DNA from: Vicugna vicugna
Lineage: Eukaryota
Assembly (NCBI GenBank): GCA_013265495.1
Contig: MU057711.1
Location: 930,001-994,000, forward strand
Direction of reading: 5' to 3'
DNA length: 64,000 nt
Within the stretch, counting starts at the first letter, position 1. Every line of letters begins with the position of its first letter. Position numbers and translations under genes: made by a program. This document shows, one piece after another, positions 1 to 12,592 of this stretch. The notes under the pieces were generated by a model, which did not search any database, had not been told where the DNA came from, and was given only the letters and a program-made list of their open reading frames with translations.

Positions 1-975
1 CTCTCAGCAAATTTCAAATATACGATAAAGTACCCTTAACTTACTCACCATGCTGTACATTGCAGCCCCATGACTTATTTATTTTATAACTGGAATTTTG
101 TACCTTTTGACCCCCTTTACCCACCTCTTCTCCCTGTCCTCACTTCAGTCCTCTGGCAAACACCAATCACTTCTCTGTCTCTATGAGCTTCTTTGTTGTT
201 TATTTTTTTAGATTCCACATATAAGTTAGATCATATGGTATTTGTCTTCCTCTGACTTACTTCACTTAGCATAATGGTAAGGCCCATTATGCTAACAACA
301 TGAATGGTCCACTCAAGGTCCATTCATGTTGTTACATATGGCAAGATTTCCTTCTCTTATATATATATATATACATGCCACATTTTAAAAATCTATTTTT
401 CCATGATGGACACTTAGGCTGTTTCCATATCTTGGCTTTTGTGAATAATGCTGCTATGAACATGGGGGTGCAGATACCCTTTTGAGTTAGTGTTTTCATT
501 TTCTTTAGATAAATACCCAGAAGTGGAGTTGCTGGATCAAATGGTAGTTCTATTTTTAAGTTTTTGAGGACCCTCCGTATTGTTTTCCATAGTGATTGCA
601 CCAATTTACATTCCCACCAACAGAGCATGAGGGTTTTCTTTTCTCCACACCCTCATCAGCACTTATCTCTGTTCTTTTTGATAACAGTCATTCTAACAGG
701 TGCGAGGTGATAGCTCATTGTGGTTTTGATTTGCATTTCTCTGATCATTAGCGATGTTGAGCATCTATTTGTGTGCCTGTTGCCCGTCTGTACATCTTCT
801 TTGCAAAAATGTCTATTCAGATCTTCTGCCCATTTTAAAATTGAATTGTATGTGTTTTTGCTATTGAGTTGTATGGGTTCCTTATATATTTTGGGTATTA
901 ATCCCTTATCGTTTGCAGATACTTTCTCCCAGTCAGTAGGCTGCCTTTTCACTTTGTCGATCGTTTCCTTTGCTG
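1..975 (-). mobile_element. LINE-1 3' fragment (ORF2 C-terminus and 3' UTR), L1MA-like
   Basis: Minus ORFs 656-1012 and 332-628 give decayed ORF2 C-terminal motifs ([40 protein letters not shown]). Confidence 0.95.
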
Positions 976-1791
976 AGCTACATTTGTTCCTCAGTGTCCA
1001 CGCTGGCACCAAGGTGCAGGGATGAGGTATTTCCTGTCCTCAATGAGCTTACAGCCTGGACACACCCCAGAATCTCTTCCCAACTCGGTCATCATGAAAT
1101 CACTCAACCATCCATCTATCAGAGGGAATGGGGGCCGCACATGGTGGTATAGGACAGCGGCCAAGAAGATGGAGCAATTGACTGGTGAGATGTTCAGCAA
1201 CCGTCCTGGGCTCTGGTCCAGAGGACCCTGGAGGAGGCTGACTCTCCATGGTGAGAATACTTGTACTTCCCCTTTGCTTACCCTCCTCACACTTGCAGTT
1301 AGTTGTTTAATGGCATCCACTCAGTGTGTCTTTTTCAGATACATAGTAGGTGTTCAATAGATATTTGCAGCCTGACCTTCTCTGCCAGCTTCATAGAGCA
1401 ACAGAGGCTTCCTGGAGGAGGGGGTCTTCTGGGCAGGATTTTGGGGGAAATCTCAGGGACCTTGGTGTGCCAGTATGAGGAGGCAATGGCATTAAGAAAA
1501 GTGTCAGATTGTAATAAGTACTCAAAAGAAACATTGTGATGATGATGGTGTTGCTGCTAACAATGACAGTGCTGATGGTGATTAGTCATGGGTGGCTAAG
1601 AGCTGGGCTGTCTGAATAAGCCAGAGGCTGGAGCCAGTGGGCTCCAGAGAATGCATCCAGCTCTGGAATCCTAAGGGATGCTTCTGAAATCCATGGACAA
1701 TGATGTTTCTCTGCTTCTCCCTTGTCCAAGTAGCCCGTCATGGAAGTCCACACTGAGGATTATCCAGGACCCTGCTGAGGAGGGACTTCAC

Positions 1792-2060
1792 CTGGGAGCT
1801 GGTGGTGGGGCTCCCAGTCTCTGAGCTGTGGAGGGAGGCTAGGGGGCAGCGGCAGCCACAGATGGAGCAGAACGGCAAGGCCGGGCCCCCCAGGGAGCTC
1901 CTAGGTCTCTCTCGGTTGGTGCGCATGGTTCTCCAGTTACTTCTCTATGTCTGTGTTGGGAGAGGGGCTGGGGCTCTATTTGTCCTTCAAGTGACACAAA
2001 GGAAGGAGCTCCTTGTTTTGCAGGATGATGGAGGAATTGCTGGCTCTGCTGCTGTTTATA
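1792..2060 (-). other. Candidate TATA promoter and first exon of an unidentified transcript
   Basis: TATAAA at 2060-2055, accATG at 1926, 45 open codons, CAG|GTGAAG donor at 1792/1791; non-repetitive; peptide not recognised. Confidence 0.25.
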
Positions 2061-2229
2061 GTTGAAATGATATCATGTGGCCTGAAATCTCCAGCATTTC
2101 CCTTTCTCACTTCCTCCCTGTGCTTAGTAGTCTTCCTTTAGAAGGAAACCTTGAATTCCTGATGCCATTTTCCCTGTAAATTCCCAAGGGCCACGAGGAG
2201 GTAATTTGGTCAGATCATAATCCAAGCCA

Positions 2230-2410
2230 ACACTTACTGAGAGCTGACTGTGTGACAGACGTGGGTCTAGAGCATTTTACACGTATTCACTCATCTAACC
2301 CTCGCAACAGTTCTTTGAGATAGGTACTATTAGCATCCTCACTTTACAGGTGAGGGAACTGAGGCTCCCTGTAGGCAAAATACCTCTCTAAAGTTTGCGG
2401 GTGTTAAGTG
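2230..2410 (-). mobile_element. MIR SINE
   Basis: Core-like sequence 'gataggtactattagcatcctcactttacaggtgagggaactgaggc'. Confidence 0.8.
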
Positions 2411-4920
2411 GCAAGAATAGAGCCCAATCTCTTGAGGACAAATGCTTAAATCTCCAAGAAAGGCAGCTCCTGTTTCTGGAAATTGGGTTGAAAGAAAAGA
2501 AGACAGAAAAAACTATCACTTTGCTAGAGACAGCTAATTAGAAGTTAAGATGTTTATTGGTGGTTAGAGGAAATTTTTTTTAATATTAAGAAAATAGTCC
2601 TGAAGCATTGCTTCATTTTTAGCAATAACCACAAGCAAGAGAACTTTTCCCCATCTCTGGGTATAGAAACCAGCCAAGGAAAAGAAGTCTCTGAGCACAG
2701 GAAGGAGAGAGCCAGAGGGACCAGTGATGGACCTGCATGTTTCCCAATTCCCAACTGGCCCAACAGATCTGCCACATGCAAGCCCATGGCCCATCACCCA
2801 CCACCTGTGGCGCCATCACCTGTCACCCATGGCAGAGCAGCTCGGTCTGGGAGAGGCCACCTATAGAGAGCACTGATAACCCGCCAGAGACTACCTTAGG
2901 CAAGGGCTGCAGCAAAGAGCTGGAGAGGTTTTGCTTTGTTTTTTTTTGTTTTAATAATTAGAGATGAAACCAATGAAGAAACAAATATCTGGCACAGACG
3001 GTACAAAGAGTCTCCCAGGACTCCAACAGAGAAGAATCCAGACCCACCCGTGGCTCCTTTCACCCCATTCTGGCAGCGAAGCCCAGACTTGCTGGACACC
3101 TCAGGGGAAGGGTGTGATGAAAGTGGAGGAGAAAATATTCTTTTCCCGGCTTTTGAGTTTCAAAAGCCTATGCCTTTAGACAAATGGGAAGGATAAATCC
3201 AATGTTTAAAGATGGAGGCAGGTTCATGATGAGTAAGACCAGCTCCTAAACCCCAAAACCGATGAGAGTCCCTAGGTTGGGGGAGGGGAGGGAGGCAGAG
3301 GGGAGGCCCTGCAGGAGATACTGATGGGCCTGAGAGGGGCCTTGACTCCCATCTCAGCCTCAGGTTGGACCTCAAACTCCCAGTCAAGGACCAGAGCACC
3401 CAGTACCACTCCCTGGGAAGAGTTCTGGGAGGCAGCGAGACTCAAAGAGAGTACTGGAGCCACAGGCAGCTTCCAAGACTGGGGAACTATCGAAATGATG
3501 CCAGTCACCCCACCACTGGGAGAGGCCCTAGATCCACAGCACTGAGGAGAAAGTGTCCCCCACAACAGTCCTGAGGCCAGATGGGACACGGGACCCTGGT
3601 AACAAGCCCTCGGTAAGACCACCAGAGATTAGAGGTGACCCTGAGGAAAGAAGCAAATACCCCAAGTGGCCTGAGATGAAACTTCTGTCACCCAGCAAAA
3701 CAGAGGCTCAGCACAAAATTAAATTGAGTTATAAAAAAATAAAGTTTTTATTGTATCTCTATGAGAAGATGGATGCTAGCTGAAGCTACTGTGCTAATCA
3801 ATATATGTAAATCAAACCATCATGCTGTACGCTTTAAACTTATACAGTGATGTATATCAATTTTTTTTAATAAAGTTGGAAAAAATTCAACATAGTACAG
3901 GATAAAAAATAAACAAGAGAGGACAGAGGAGGAGGAAGGAGAGATACCAAACAGAGGGGCCAACCAAGAGGGTTGCTCCCTATCTTACATGTAAAGCATG
4001 TTTATGAAAATACACTAACTCCTCTACCATCATCGTTATTTCATAAAAGCAAGATGATATGCATACAAAAAACAATAGGAAGAGCAAGGCCTCAGATTTA
4101 AGGACAGTGCTTCAAAGAAAAGAGTCGACAACTTCTACATTTATATACACACTTTGGCTTCATATTTTTTATTTGTCCTTAAGCTGCAGAGCAGGGACCA
4201 ACTTTTGAGACCTTCTGTCCTAGAGTGTGAGCCCTAGTGGGGTGCCTGGCAGCCTGCGAGCTCACAGCTCCAGCTGCTGCGGTTTCCCTGGCAACCAGAA
4301 CCCTAGGGATGCCCTTCAGATGCTGCCTGAGACACTCCACCCCCTTACCTCAGTTTGAGTTGATGAGTCCATCTGACTGGCAGCTGTCAGTGCTGAGAAT
4401 ATCATCAGGAGATGCCCAGTGTTGTGTGCAGAGTTGTTTAACCAGGGATTTTCTCAACTGGTAAATCCCACTTGGATTGGGAGCCTGAGACTGAGAATGG
4501 CTCCAGGGCAGCATGGTGGGATTTGACTCAGCCTCCCCAGCCCCCAGCACCGGCCGTCCTGGAGGAGGGCTCCTAACTCTGCTCAACAGCCAGGGAAGGC
4601 AGAGTGGGAGTCATGTGAAGTCTGTGGTTTACTGTCAGCCGAAGTTCCCAATCCACAATCCCAACACCTACGCTGCTTTTCGTAGCCTCTTCCCACAATT
4701 TGATACACCTGTCAACATCCCTTTCTTGGTAAAAATATTTTGTAAAGCCCTTTTTCCTGATCTGAAATGTATACATAACTGACCTACATGTATTACATAT
4801 ATAAAAGAAAAGTACTTCATAATAAAGTAACTTAAAATAATAGGCTTGGAAACAGGTGAATGCCCTGGCCAGACTATGCTAGTAGAATTAATGAAGTAGA
4901 TGCTTGCACTTGTGTGTGTA

Positions 4921-6385
4921 GTGGAAGAACAGAAGAGTCACACTCCCTGGTTTCAGACTATACTACAAAGCTACAGTAATCAAAACAGTCTGGAAGTGGC
5001 ATGAAACAGACACATAGATCAATGGAACAGGATAGAAAGTCCAGAAATAAACCCACACACATACAGTCAATTAATTTACAACAAAGGAGGCAAGAATATA
5101 CAATGGAGGAAAGACAGTCTCCTCAATGAGTGTTGCTGGGGAAACTGGACAGCTGCCTGTAACAGATTGAAATTAGAAATTGTCTAACAGTGTATAGAAA
5201 AAAAACCTCAAAATGGATTGAAGACCTAAAGGTAAGACTGGATACTGTAAAACTCCTAGAGGGAAACATAGGCAAAACACTCTGACATAAATCACAGCAG
5301 TATTTTTCCAGCTCCATCTCCTAAAGTAAGGGAAATAAAAACAAAACTAAACAAAGAGGGCCTAATTAACCTTAAAAGCTTTTGCACAGGAAAGGAAACC
5401 ACTGACAAAATGAAAAGACAACCTACAGCGTAGAAGATATTTGCAAATAATATGACCAGTAAGGGATTAATATCCAACATGTATAAACAGCTCATGCAAC
5501 TCAGCATCAAAAAAAAAAAACCAAACAAACAATTTGACTAAAAAATGGGCAGAAGAACTGAAGAGACATTTTTCCCAAGAGAACATGCAGGTGGCCAACA
5601 TGCACGTGAAAAGATGCTCAGCATCGCTAATCATCAGGGAAATGCAAATCAAAACCACAATGAGATTTCACCTCACACCTGTTAGAATGACTGTCATCAC
5701 ACAGAACACAAATAACAAATGTTGGCGAGGATGTGGAGAAAAGGGAACCCTTGTACACTGTTGGTAGGAATGTAAATTGGGTCAGCCTCTGTGAAAAACA
5801 GTAATGGAGGTTTCTCAAAAAACTAAAAACAGAGATACCATATGACCCAGCAGTTCCAGTCCTGGGTATATATCTGAAAAATACAAAAACACTAATTTGG
5901 AAAGATACATGTGCACCAATGTTTGTAGAAGTATTTTTTTTTTTACAGTTGCCAAGATATGGAAGCAACTTAAGTGTCAATCAACAGATGAATAAAGAAG
6001 ATGTGGTGGATATATATACAATGGGATACTACTCAGTCATAAAAGAATGAAATTTTGCCATTTGTAGCAACACAGATGGACTTGGAAGGCATTATGCGAA
6101 GCGAAATTAGACAGAGAAAGACAAATACCCCATAATATCACTTATATGTAGAATCTTAAAAAATACAACAAACTAATGAATATGATCAAAAAGAAGCAGA
6201 CTCACAGATAGAACAAACTAGTGGTTACCAGTGGGGAGGTTGGGGGAATATGGCGGTGGCGAAGTGGGAGGGACACACTGTTGGGTGTGAGACTACAGGG
6301 ATGTTTTGTACAACACGGGGAATAGATCAGTATTTTGTAATAACTGTAAATGGAATATAACCTGTAAAAATTGTATTGAAAAAAG
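4921..6385 (+). mobile_element. 5'-truncated LINE-1 (ORF2 3' part and 3' UTR)
   Basis: ORF 5534-5767 [12 protein letters not shown]...[20 protein letters not shown], preceded by decayed ORF2 sequence and followed by a typical L1 3' UTR. Confidence 0.95.
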
Positions 6386-7119
6386 ACCCTGAGGCTTAGG
6401 AAAAAATGGGCTTTCAAACAGGCAACTGCCCTGGCCAAACTACACCAGTAGAATTAATGAAATAGATGTTTAGACCATGTGTGGAATTAGCATAAGTGTG
6501 TGTGGTATTTTGTGATGGATGTTTTGGTGGATCAAACACTGTGAGCCATCAGTGGTTCAATTTTCAGAAATCTCTTCGTAAGATAATGCACAAAACAATG
6601 CATCTTATCTTGATTTACATAGGAGTTGCAATCCCAGAAAATACCGTACAGTTTATAACTGCAAAAATACTTGCTGTTTATATGCAAACATATACCACAT
6701 ACATAAAATGGAGTTTGAAACAGGGAATTATATAACAGCTGTTTCATCTACAAGGCCATTTGGAAGGAAACAATCTCGGTGACACACCAAATCCTGCCCC
6801 TAAGCCCAGCAAAAGTTTTCACACTTCCCACTGAGATCTCCTCCTGTGGTTTGCAGATGAGACAGGGGCACAGAGAGATACAATGACCCATGATCTTGCT
6901 AGTGGCCCAGCCTGGCCTGAGAGCGCTGCCTCCTGACCCTAGTTCAGTGCCCCTCCCTCTACAGGGCATCCCGGCTCTGCTCTTTGGAGCTCAAGCTTCC
7001 GTGGATGTCCCTTCAGGGCCACTGCAGAGGACAGGGAAGGTCCACACCCCTTTAACCAGAGCAATTCTGCCTATATATATTTACATATATATATATGTAT
7101 ATATACATATATATATGTA

Positions 7120-7198
7120 TTTTTTTTAAAACAAGTTCCTGGGGATTGAACCAGCTATGCTAAGCACAGCTCTGTCACTCAGCTGTTACCCTCTCCCT
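7120..7198 (-). mobile_element. Degenerate tRNA-Ala-derived SINE next to a (TA)n microsatellite
   Basis: 'ctggggattgaacc...atgctaagcac' matches the other SINE copies in this window. Confidence 0.7.
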
Positions 7199-10100
7199 TG
7201 TCTATATTTTTTTATTTAAAAACTTTGTTTACCAATTGCTAACACATTTTGTACATTTGCTGTGAGACCAGCAATACTTACAAAGAGATGACACTGAATT
7301 CTCACAGCCACCCTGTGGGGCAAGTATTAGGAGTCCATTTTACAGCTAATGAGCTAGAGGCAGGGGGTTTGTCTGATGCCCCACAGCCCCGGGTCTCTCT
7401 GATTTCTGAGGCTGAGCCCCTTCCACCGTGCAGGCTGCCTCCCCTTCCTGTGTATACCTCGGGCTTCTGTGTGAGATTTCTTTGGAAAAAGAGTTTTACT
7501 GGGAAACAGCAGCCCTGGGGAGGCCACATCCACAGGGCCTGGGTCATTCCCGGGGAGAAGTCTGGACGAGGTGAATCTTCTAGTGTTGAAGGAGCCCCCT
7601 CTCTAGCGCGGCAGCCACCCTGTCTGACTGTACAGAAAAGCGCGGAAGCAATCCAACATTGCAGAAAAGACAGAAAATACAGATAAGCGAAAAGAATAAG
7701 CTTAAAAGCCACTCACAACTCCCCCTTGATAAGGTAGTTATTAACACATTGTGAATAATCTCCTAGACTACCTATGAAACAATACACTTAGTCATACATT
7801 TTATTTATACAGTTATAGAAATTATATTTAATACAATGTATCATTTAAGAATTCTCTTTTATAATTTTTGTATCTCATTTGATAACATAGACATATACTT
7901 TTATAACAAAATGGGATAGGAACCCACCCTAGACAGGATTTGGCAAACCTCAAGTTTGGCCCAGTGGAGGATGGCGTGTCTTCTTTCCCCGGGTGCCATA
8001 AACCCAGTTCTGTATTTGTGATGACGGTGACTGGCACTGAAGTCCATCTTACAACTTGCTGAGCACTCTCCAGCCATCATCTCTTTTAATTCTAACAGTC
8101 CCTCTGGGTGATCAGTTGATGTTGTCTAATTATCCTCATTTTATGGAGAAAGAAACTCAAGTTCAAACAGGTTGCGTGACTTGCCAGCTAGGGAGCCACC
8201 CAGATCACACACAGGTTAGTAGTGTCCAGACCCGTGTCCTTCCTGACACCCTTGCTGCCTCTCTGAGGATTGCTAGGTGCAGCCTGCATGCTCCAAGCAA
8301 GTGATCTCTCAGCTAAGCCACTGGCTCCTGGCAGTGACCTCTGGCCTCCGCAGAGGCCGAGGATATGGACAGAGCCCCAGACTCTGCCAGGGGTCAGGCA
8401 TCGGCAGGGCCCTGGGGAATCTTCCTGCCAGCACCTGTGACGCCTGCCATCTCTTAGCAACTGTTGGTGGCATCAACAGTGAAGAGGCTGCGAGAGTGAG
8501 GCTGGATCCCCCTTCAGAGCTTCTGAAGTCTCCACAACCAGTCCCTTGCCAATGGGTGCCCTTGAGCCCAAGGTCAGCCTTGCAGGGCACAGGCTGGCAG
8601 CTCCCTTGGCCTTGGTGGAACCTGTCCCCACAGCAGGGCCTGGGCTCTTGGCAGCGGAGGGCGGTCCGCTCCTCTCAGGCCTCTCTGCCAGGCGCCAGGG
8701 CGGGTGGCGTCAGATCTGGGGCGCTCCCGGCATCCTAATCCGCCAAGGATTGCAGCAGGTGCCAAGTCTCTGGTATCAGGGGAAATGACCTCAGAGCTTT
8801 GGACATGGCTGGCAGGCCACTGGCTGGACTTAAAGGTCCCCCGGCAGGCACCTGTCACCCGAGCTGGATGGTCTCACGCCCTTCCCCTGCCCCAGACCTT
8901 CCAGAAGGGAGCTGAGGGTTCTGGGCAGGAAGACAGGCTTCTAGGATAGGACGAGCCCTCGAGATTTCAAAGCCCTCTTTGTGAGTGTCCAGCTCCCTGA
9001 AGTCTGAAAACAGCTTTCCCCTGGGACCAGCGGGGGGAAAAGGAGACCTGCTGGGGCAGGGCGGGCAGCTCTCTCCCGGAGGATGACAAACCAAACTAAG
9101 GACCCCTCTTCCCGCAGAACACTTCCCCGGGCTATCACCTCCTCCTCTTCCTCCCCCTGTGCGGAGTGTGGAGCTGCTCTGCCCTGACCAGGATTTGTAG
9201 CTGAGGAAACTCAGGTTCAGAAAGGTTATTTGTGACCTGTTTAGAGCCAGGGACTAAAGTTGGTCAGGGCAGGACTTAGTCTGAAATACAGATTTTGCAG
9301 TCTTTCCACCAGAATCCAAAGCACTTCATCAACCAGTTCCTTGGAGAGAACTGTAAAATGAACTGTGTTCATTTTAGATTTTTGTACTCATTCATTTGTC
9401 ACCAACATTTATTAAGCACTTTCTGTGAGCCCAGCCCTTGGCTGAAGGCTGCGGGGATTCAAAGTGAAGACAGCCTCATTCCTGCTTCAGAAGAAGGGCC
9501 TGGGGACTAGGGGAAGAGACAAGACAGGCCCTGAACACAGCCCTGAGATGTGAGCGATGCTGGGATGTAGGAGGGGACAGCCAGCCCTGCCCAGGGGAAG
9601 CTGCCTGTAGGTGTGGGGTCTGGTGGGCTTCCTGGAGGAGGATGGGGGAGGAAGGGGCTCTGTGGGAGTAGTGAAGACCCTTCAGAGTCTTGAGGGATGT
9701 AATTAGGCAACAAACCTTGGCTTCTTGCGGGCTGAGGCTGCCCAGAGGCGTGTGAAGAGGGAACCAGGGAGGAAACTTTGGGGCACATGCACCCTGCTTG
9801 GCATCCAGGGCTCGGCTCTGAAACGCAGAACTTGGTTCATCCCTGGTCAGGGCAAGGGGCAGCCCGGAATCCCTTGCCTTCCCCTGTGGCCATTTGGGGG
9901 TGCTCTGCCTGAGGCTGATGGGAAGCTGGCTGGCTGCCCCAAAAGCCTGCCAGGCAGGGCCTTCTTGAAGGCCCCAGTTTCTTCCCAAATAACGTGACTT
10001 TGTAGAGGAGGCCAGGAAGTGTATGTGTGTGTGTTCAAGAAAAGAAGGGGCAGACCTATCTTTTCCCTTCGAAGCTTGCCCTTCCAGTGGCTGCTTCTAA

Positions 10101-10739
10101 CTCAGTTCAGGGGACCCTCAGGAGGGACAGTGCAGCCAATCAGCAGTGTGCAGGGGGGCCAGGCCACTTCTAACCAAGGCTAGCCCTGCCACTTTCCACC
10201 TTTGGGGATTTGGGGAAAGTCACTTAGCTCTCTGAACTTTGGTGATACAGGCATGCCTGCCTCCTGGGGTGAGGGTGAGTTTTTAATGAGATAATTAATC
10301 TTCATTAAATGGCCAGCACACAGTAGGTCCTCGTAAATGACAACAGTTACCTGGTCAGGTAGATCACACACAGTGGGCACTCAGTAGATGTCTGAAGAAT
10401 GACTCAAACACGTTTCCTTTTTCTTGTCATCCTCCAAATACTTGGTCCTTACCTAAAAACCTAGTTGGGATCAGAAAGCTCTGGGGTTTGGAAACCCAGG
10501 GCCAGGGCTGGGGGCAGGGAGGGTGGCTTCTGTGTCCTCTTGGGGACTTGATCTGACCGAGCTGAGTGTGAGGACTGGACAGTGAGGGTTTGCCCTGGGA
10601 TCCCAGGACAGCTCTCCAGGGGACTAGGCTAATGGGCTTTTCAGTTACTTGCCCTTACGGCATATTCTCATTTAAAAAATAACTTTAGTTTGTTTTTGTT
10701 ATAAAAGTAGTATATGTTTGTTAAAACAAGAACTTATCT

Positions 10740-10950
10740 TGAGCTTATGATATAGCAGGCACTGTTCCGACACTTAATTCACTGAGTTTGCACAATAATT
10801 TTACAAGGTAGGTACTATAATGTCCCCCACTTTATGAATAAGTGAATCAAGACACAGAGAAGGTACGTAACTTTCCCAGAGTCACACAGCTAAGAAGTAA
10901 CAGAGTTGTGGCTCCAGCGCCCCCTCTCTCAACCACTATACTATCATGCC
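10740..10950 (-). mobile_element. MIR SINE
   Basis: MIR core and 'aaggtacgtaactttcccagagtcacacagc'. Confidence 0.75.
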
Positions 10951-11339
10951 TTATTGTACATGTGTGAAAATATAGAGAAGTAAAAATAAATTAAAGATAC
11001 CTATATTCTTAGTATCCAGAGATCCTTGCTCTGATTGCTAACAATATAGCAAAGAGTTACACACTTTATGATGTAAGATAAGCTCATGTTCAAATTCTGG
11101 CTTTACTGTTTATGTGTAACCTTGATCTAGAAAATAGAGGAAAATATTTTTATAATCTTTGGGGTATAGAAAGTGTTTCTTAGCCTTGGTACCAAAGACA
11201 GGAAAATTTCTGTGCAACATAACAGAGCACAAAACAAAATGTAAATTCAGATGTCAAACTGAGAAAAAATAGTTGCTTCATCTGTGATAGAAACATGGTT
11301 GATCTCTTTACCATGGATGAACAACTCAAAAGTTAGAGG

Positions 11340-11470
11340 GCACCTTGTAGTAGCTCACAGTGAAAAAGAATATGAAAATGAATATGCATATATTCATGTA
11401 TGACTGAAAAATTGTGCTGTATACCAGAAATTGACACAATGTTGTAAACTTACTATAACTCATTAAAAAG
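11340..11470 (+). mobile_element. Short lineage-specific L1 3' end inserted in an older L1
   Basis: L1 terminal sequence with A-tail, flanked by TSD-like aaaagttagagg / aaaattagagg; older L1 sequence on both sides (about 11120-12030). Confidence 0.8.
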
Positions 11471-12121
11471 AAAATTAGAGGTAGACCTCACCAAAAATGG
11501 GAAGACTTGACAAAAAAAGAACTACAAATGACAGATAAATAAATGTAGGTTCAACCTTGCTTATAGTCAAATAAATGATCATTAAAACAACAAGATACTG
11601 TTTTCATACGTCAGATTTGGCGAAGATTAAAAAGATTGATGATAAGCAGTGTTGTCAAGGGTGTGGGAGAGAAGGTGCTCTTTTAGACTGTGGTGGGATA
11701 AATGCTCACAGCCTTTCTGGAGACCAATTGGAAACACATCCAAACCCTTATCCACCTGTGTGCCTTTGGCTTAATATTTTAACTTCACATCATTTATTCT
11801 AATGAAAAGAATAATCAAATGGAAAGGATGTATGTGCTAAAATATTAACTGGGACTTTTTTTAAAAAAGCAAATAGTTGAAAATAACTTTAATGCTCTTA
11901 GAAAGGAGATTTATTATGAAAAATGCTGAAAAACTATAGAATAGATTATCAGACAACTGTTGATGGGGATAAGGTGGATTTATAGATGCTGAGAAGGGGA
12001 CAAGTCCATGATAAACTCAAAAAGAAAACTGCAGTATGGGGTCTTATTTTTGATAATGGGGTCTTATTTTTGTTAACAGGTTCTCCTGGCTGAGACCTAA
12101 CTTGGATTTTGATTTTGACTT

Positions 12122-12592
12122 ATTTTTAGAGGGGGAATTAATTAGGTTTATTTCTTTCAAGTTTTTTATGTAAACAAAGTTTATTCTAGGAAGAACATCT
12201 CATTGTGAGATAAAACCGTTTTAAACTTTGCTTATATGTACTGTTTATTGTTTTCTAAGAACGGTTGGGTGCTTTAGCTTTTTAACTTACATAGTTATCA
12301 AAGGAATAAAGCCAACCACAGAATAAGAATCAACAGAATGCAGTAATACAATCATAAAAGACAGTCAAATGTGCTTACACATATTCAAGAACTCAATCAT
12401 CAAGATTATAAATAACAAGTAGTTCATTTATGTCCTTTTTTTTCTTTCAGATTCCACATATAAGTGATAGCATATGGTATTTTTCTTTCTATTTCTGGCT
12501 CTTTCTTTATTTTTAATGGAGGTTCTGGGGCTTGAACCCAGGACCTCATGCATGCTAAGCATGTGCTCTACCGCCAAGCTATACCCTCCACC
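12122..12592 (-). mobile_element. tRNA-Ala-derived SINE (vic-1-like) split by a ~340-bp insertion
   Basis: tRNA-like head about 12505-12592, tail 12122-12158, exact 13-bp TSD ttgattttgactt at 12109-12121 and 12593-12605. Confidence 0.9.
12159..12418 (-). pseudogene. Retrocopied mRNA 3'-UTR fragment, parent gene unidentified
   Basis: Non-repeat AT-rich sequence with AATAAA at 12249-12244 and 12185-12180, then a short A-tail. Confidence 0.6.

Noticed and set aside
2936..3720. Exon-like ORFs (IRDETNEETNIWHRRY...)
   Set aside because: No recognisable homology or consistent splice pattern; may be old repeat sequence.
12036..12072. Duplicated atggggtcttatttttg
   Set aside because: Simple local slippage duplication with no further signal.
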